Assembly (NCBI GenBank): GCA_964290475.1
Contig: CAXYPO010000002.1
Location: 1,561,714-1,593,713 of the forward strand
DNA length: 32,000 bases
Source of the DNA: Enterobacter bugandensis
GTDB lineage: Bacteria; Pseudomonadota; Gammaproteobacteria; Enterobacterales; Enterobacteriaceae
Direction: 5' to 3'
The translations under genes and the position numbers were made by a program. Below the pieces are notes generated by a model that saw nothing but the letters and a program-made list of their open reading frames with translations, did not search any database and was not told the origin of the DNA. Shown in pieces: positions 28,059 to 32,000 of the stretch (its first letter is position 1; every line of letters begins with the position of its first letter).

Positions 28059-29849
28059 ATGTTTAAGTTTAAATTATCTTATGTAGCACTTGCAGCGGCG
28101 CTGACCTCCTCTTTCGTCTATGCCGATCCTTCTTCTTATACCCATAAATCCGGGACCAAAGTTATTGATATTGAAGCGCCGAATGCTGCTGGCGTTTCAC
28201 ATAACCTGTACCGCGATTTTAACGTTGACAGTAAAGGCGTGGTCCTTAACAACAGCGGTAGCGACTATGCCCACAGCACCCTGGGCAATATTGCCAAAAA
28301 CAATAACTTAAGCAACGGCAGCGCATCCGTTATTCTGAATGAAGTGGTTTCAAAAAACCCAAGTTCACTTAACGGCTTCATTGAAGTAGGCGGTAAAAAA
28401 GCCGATGTCATTATCGCTAACCCGAACGGCATCTCCTGCTCTGGTTGTAGCTTTATTAACACCCAAAAAGCCATCCTGACCACCGGCAAAGTTAACATGA
28501 CCAGTACTGGCGCAGTCGGAAGCTATACCGTTACCAATGGCACCATTACCATTGGCAAAAATGGCATGGATGCAGCCAACTCCTATGCGGTTCTGCTAGG
28601 TGATGCCATTAACCTTAATGGCATGGTTACCGCGCAAAATGCGCACCTGAGCGCAGGCAACTTCACGATGGATAATGCCACCGGCGTTGTCACCTCTGCA
28701 GGTAAACAAGCCACTCTGCTACAGAAGCTGAATCCGGCCTACAGCATCGACGTCAGCAGCCTGGGCGGCGTTAAGGCGAATAACATCACCATGGTGGGCA
28801 ACAACCTGGGGTTCGGTGTGCGTAACAAAGGCGCGATCGTCGCTAACTCAAGCCTTGCCCTGACCAGCAACGGCTCACTGATTAACGACGGCTCCATTAA
28901 CGGTAATGGGTTTGTTACCCAAATCGCTACTGCCGGCGAACTGAAAAATAGCGGGACCATTGCCACTAAAAACATTGCAATGCTGACAAGCTATGGTGAT
29001 TTCAATAACACCGGTACCATTGAGAACACTTCGCAGATGGCGGTAAATGCAGCAGGCGATCTGACCAACAAAGGCGTGCTCAAAAGCGCTAAAACGCTGG
29101 CAGTAAACACCAACGGTAACTTATCCACCGGTTCCGGTGCTTATCTGCAGGCGGGTGAACAGCTGCAAATCAGCGCCCTCGGTAATATCGATAACGCTGG
29201 TTACACCGAGGCGAAACAGACCCTTGTTAGCTTTGGCGGCAAAGAAATGACCGTCAGCAATACGTTGTCAGGTACTGACTCGCTGGTAATTCAATCCGTA
29301 AAAGATAACAAAATCTCTAACGGTGTAATTACCAACAAAGGTCTGATTTCAGGCGGCAACGTTAAGCTTCATACCAATGGCAACATCGAGCTGGCTAAAA
29401 ACAGCACCACCAGCGCGACCCAATCCCTGACGACCAAAAGTTATGCGCTGAATAATGAAGGCTCAATGGAAGGCAAAACTGCGACTGTAAATATCGATAA
29501 CTGGTCCACCACCAACAGCGGCCACATTATTGGTAAAACAATCAATGTATTGACCTGGTTTGATATGCTCAATGAAGGGATGATCCAGTCTCTGGGCGAC
29601 CTGAATATCAATACCCAAAATAATGGTAACCTGATTAACCGTAGCAGCATCTACTCCAACGGCACCTTCACGCTCTCTGCCAAAAAGGTGATTAACGGTG
29701 GCTATCGCTGTGGCTTTATGAATCTCAGCACCTGTGGCGTTGGCAACCTTAACGCCAATAAACTGGTTCTGAATTCAACCCATAAATATGCCTCTGAAAT
29801 GGGCGGCACACAGAATTTCAAAGCGACCCAGGTAAACACTGTTAAATAA
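28059..29849 (+). CDS. Short TpsA-type exoprotein (filamentous hemagglutinin-like), 596 aa
   Basis: Signal peptide MFKFKLSYVALAAALTSSFVYA; TPS domain with SHNLYRDFNV, LNEV, and NPNGISCSGCSFINTQKAILTTG; beta-helix-like G-x-L-x-N-x-G repeats; directly follows tpsB. Confidence 0.93.
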   Translation: MFKFKLSYVALAAALTSSFVYADPSSYTHKSGTKVIDIEAPNAAGVSHNLYRDFNVDSKGVVLNNSGSDYAHSTLGNIAKNNNLSNGSASVILNEVVSKNPSSLNGFIEVGGKKADVIIANPNGISCSGCSFINTQKAILTTGKVNMTSTGAVGSYTVTNGTITIGKNGMDAANSYAVLLGDAINLNGMVTAQNAHLSAGNFTMDNATGVVTSAGKQATLLQKLNPAYSIDVSSLGGVKANNITMVGNNLGFGVRNKGAIVANSSLALTSNGSLINDGSINGNGFVTQIATAGELKNSGTIATKNIAMLTSYGDFNNTGTIENTSQMAVNAAGDLTNKGVLKSAKTLAVNTNGNLSTGSGAYLQAGEQLQISALGNIDNAGYTEAKQTLVSFGGKEMTVSNTLSGTDSLVIQSVKDNKISNGVITNKGLISGGNVKLHTNGNIELAKNSTTSATQSLTTKSYALNNEGSMEGKTATVNIDNWSTTNSGHIIGKTINVLTWFDMLNEGMIQSLGDLNINTQNNGNLINRSSIYSNGTFTLSAKKVINGGYRCGFMNLSTCGVGNLNANKLVLNSTHKYASEMGGTQNFKATQVNTVK

Positions 29850-29859
29850 GTGATAACGA

Positions 29860-29891
29860 AACGATGCGCTGGCTCAGCGCATCGTTTTTTG
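29860..29891 (+). terminator. Terminator after tpsA
   Basis: 12-bp perfect stem aacgatgcgctg-gct-cagcgcatcgtt with T-run. Confidence 0.9.
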
Positions 29892-29901
29892 CCTTTCGAC
29901 T

Positions 29902-30384
29902 TCAGGGTTCAAATGGACGACGCTGGAACTGATCGTGTCCACACTTAGGACAGACCGGCAGTACATCCGGCGTATAGACCGCTAGGTGATGATGGCAGTT
30001 TTCGCATACCAGATTGCCTAACCCCACCACTTCCCCACTGTGATAAACCCCGTGGTGGTTAAGATCCTGGAACACTTCGCGCCACTCCAGCTGGGTTTTA
30101 TCGGTGATATCCGCCAGCTCCTGCCACAGGCTCTCTTTGATCACCCGCATAAAGACACTGTCGTTTTCCTCATCTTGGCTCTCGCCATAGCTGCGGGCAA
30201 ACTCTTCCAGGTCGCGCCGAACTGCGCGGGTGACTTCATCAATTTCGGTACGCGTTAACTCACCCGTTTGGGTCACCCTTAAGCGCGCCTGCTCCACCAG
30301 CGCGTCGATATCGCGCTCACCGTTACGCAGACGTTCCGTCATTGTCGCTACCAGTTCACGGTAAAATTGAGCAACCTTGTTCAT
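29902..30384 (-). CDS. ybeL: YbeL, zinc-ribbon-containing protein (DUF1451), 160 aa
   Basis: MNKVAQFYRELVATMTERLRNGERDIDALV...; zinc ribbon LVCENCHHHLAVYTPDVLPVCPKCGHDQF. Confidence 0.93.
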   Translation of the reverse strand: MNKVAQFYRELVATMTERLRNGERDIDALVEQARLRVTQTGELTRTEIDEVTRAVRRDLEEFARSYGESQDEENDSVFMRVIKESLWQELADITDKTQLEWREVFQDLNHHGVYHSGEVVGLGNLVCENCHHHLAVYTPDVLPVCPKCGHDQFQRRPFEP

Positions 30385-30469
30385 CTTTATGCCTCCTGGG
30401 TAAGTAACTGGCTCTAATGATAGACCTTATTTGCCCTGTGCTTTGTCAGTTCTGCCACAGTTAGCGTAA

Positions 30470-32000
<1,531 letters not shown>

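Noticed and set aside
28059-29849. Contact-dependent inhibition (CDI) system
   Set aside because: The TpsA has no pretoxin/VENN-type motif or C-terminal toxin domain, and there is no downstream immunity gene; ybeL is a conserved core gene in the opposite orientation.
25971-29901. Phage, integron or IS origin of the accessory segment
   Set aside because: No integrase, transposase, flanking direct repeats or att-like duplications recognised within the window.

Overview
This 32 kb window is an ordinary enterobacterial core segment in E. coli-like gene order: fldA(3' end)-uof/fur-chiQ-chiP-glnS-nagE-nagBACD-asnB-seven tRNAs (Met-Leu-Gln-Gln-Met-Gln-Gln)-ubiF-miaB-ybeZ(phoL)-ybeY-ybeX-lnt-gltI-(SroC)-gltJKL-rihA, then ybeL and leuS (5' end). 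The one clearly accessory segment is ~26.0-29.9 kb, between rihA and ybeL. It is an AT-rich two-partner secretion locus: a TpsB (ShlB/FhaC-type) transporter and an unusually short, 596-aa TpsA exoprotein with a canonical NPNGI/CxxC secretion domain, a second cysteine pair near the C-terminus, and no visible toxin or immunity module. The other notable observation is that ybeZ and ybeY are one continuous reading frame, joined across an A6 run exactly at the usual ATGA overlap; this is either a real fusion, a slippage site or a 1-nt sequence error. Smaller observations include tandem NtrC-like dyads upstream of gltI, a divergent tRNA-Gln isodecoder, a terminal-inverted-repeat palindromic element after lnt, and a candidate regulatory region for the TPS locus with 22-bp phased direct repeats. 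I see no clear evidence for a completely new type of system; the short TPS pair is the best candidate for unusual biology.
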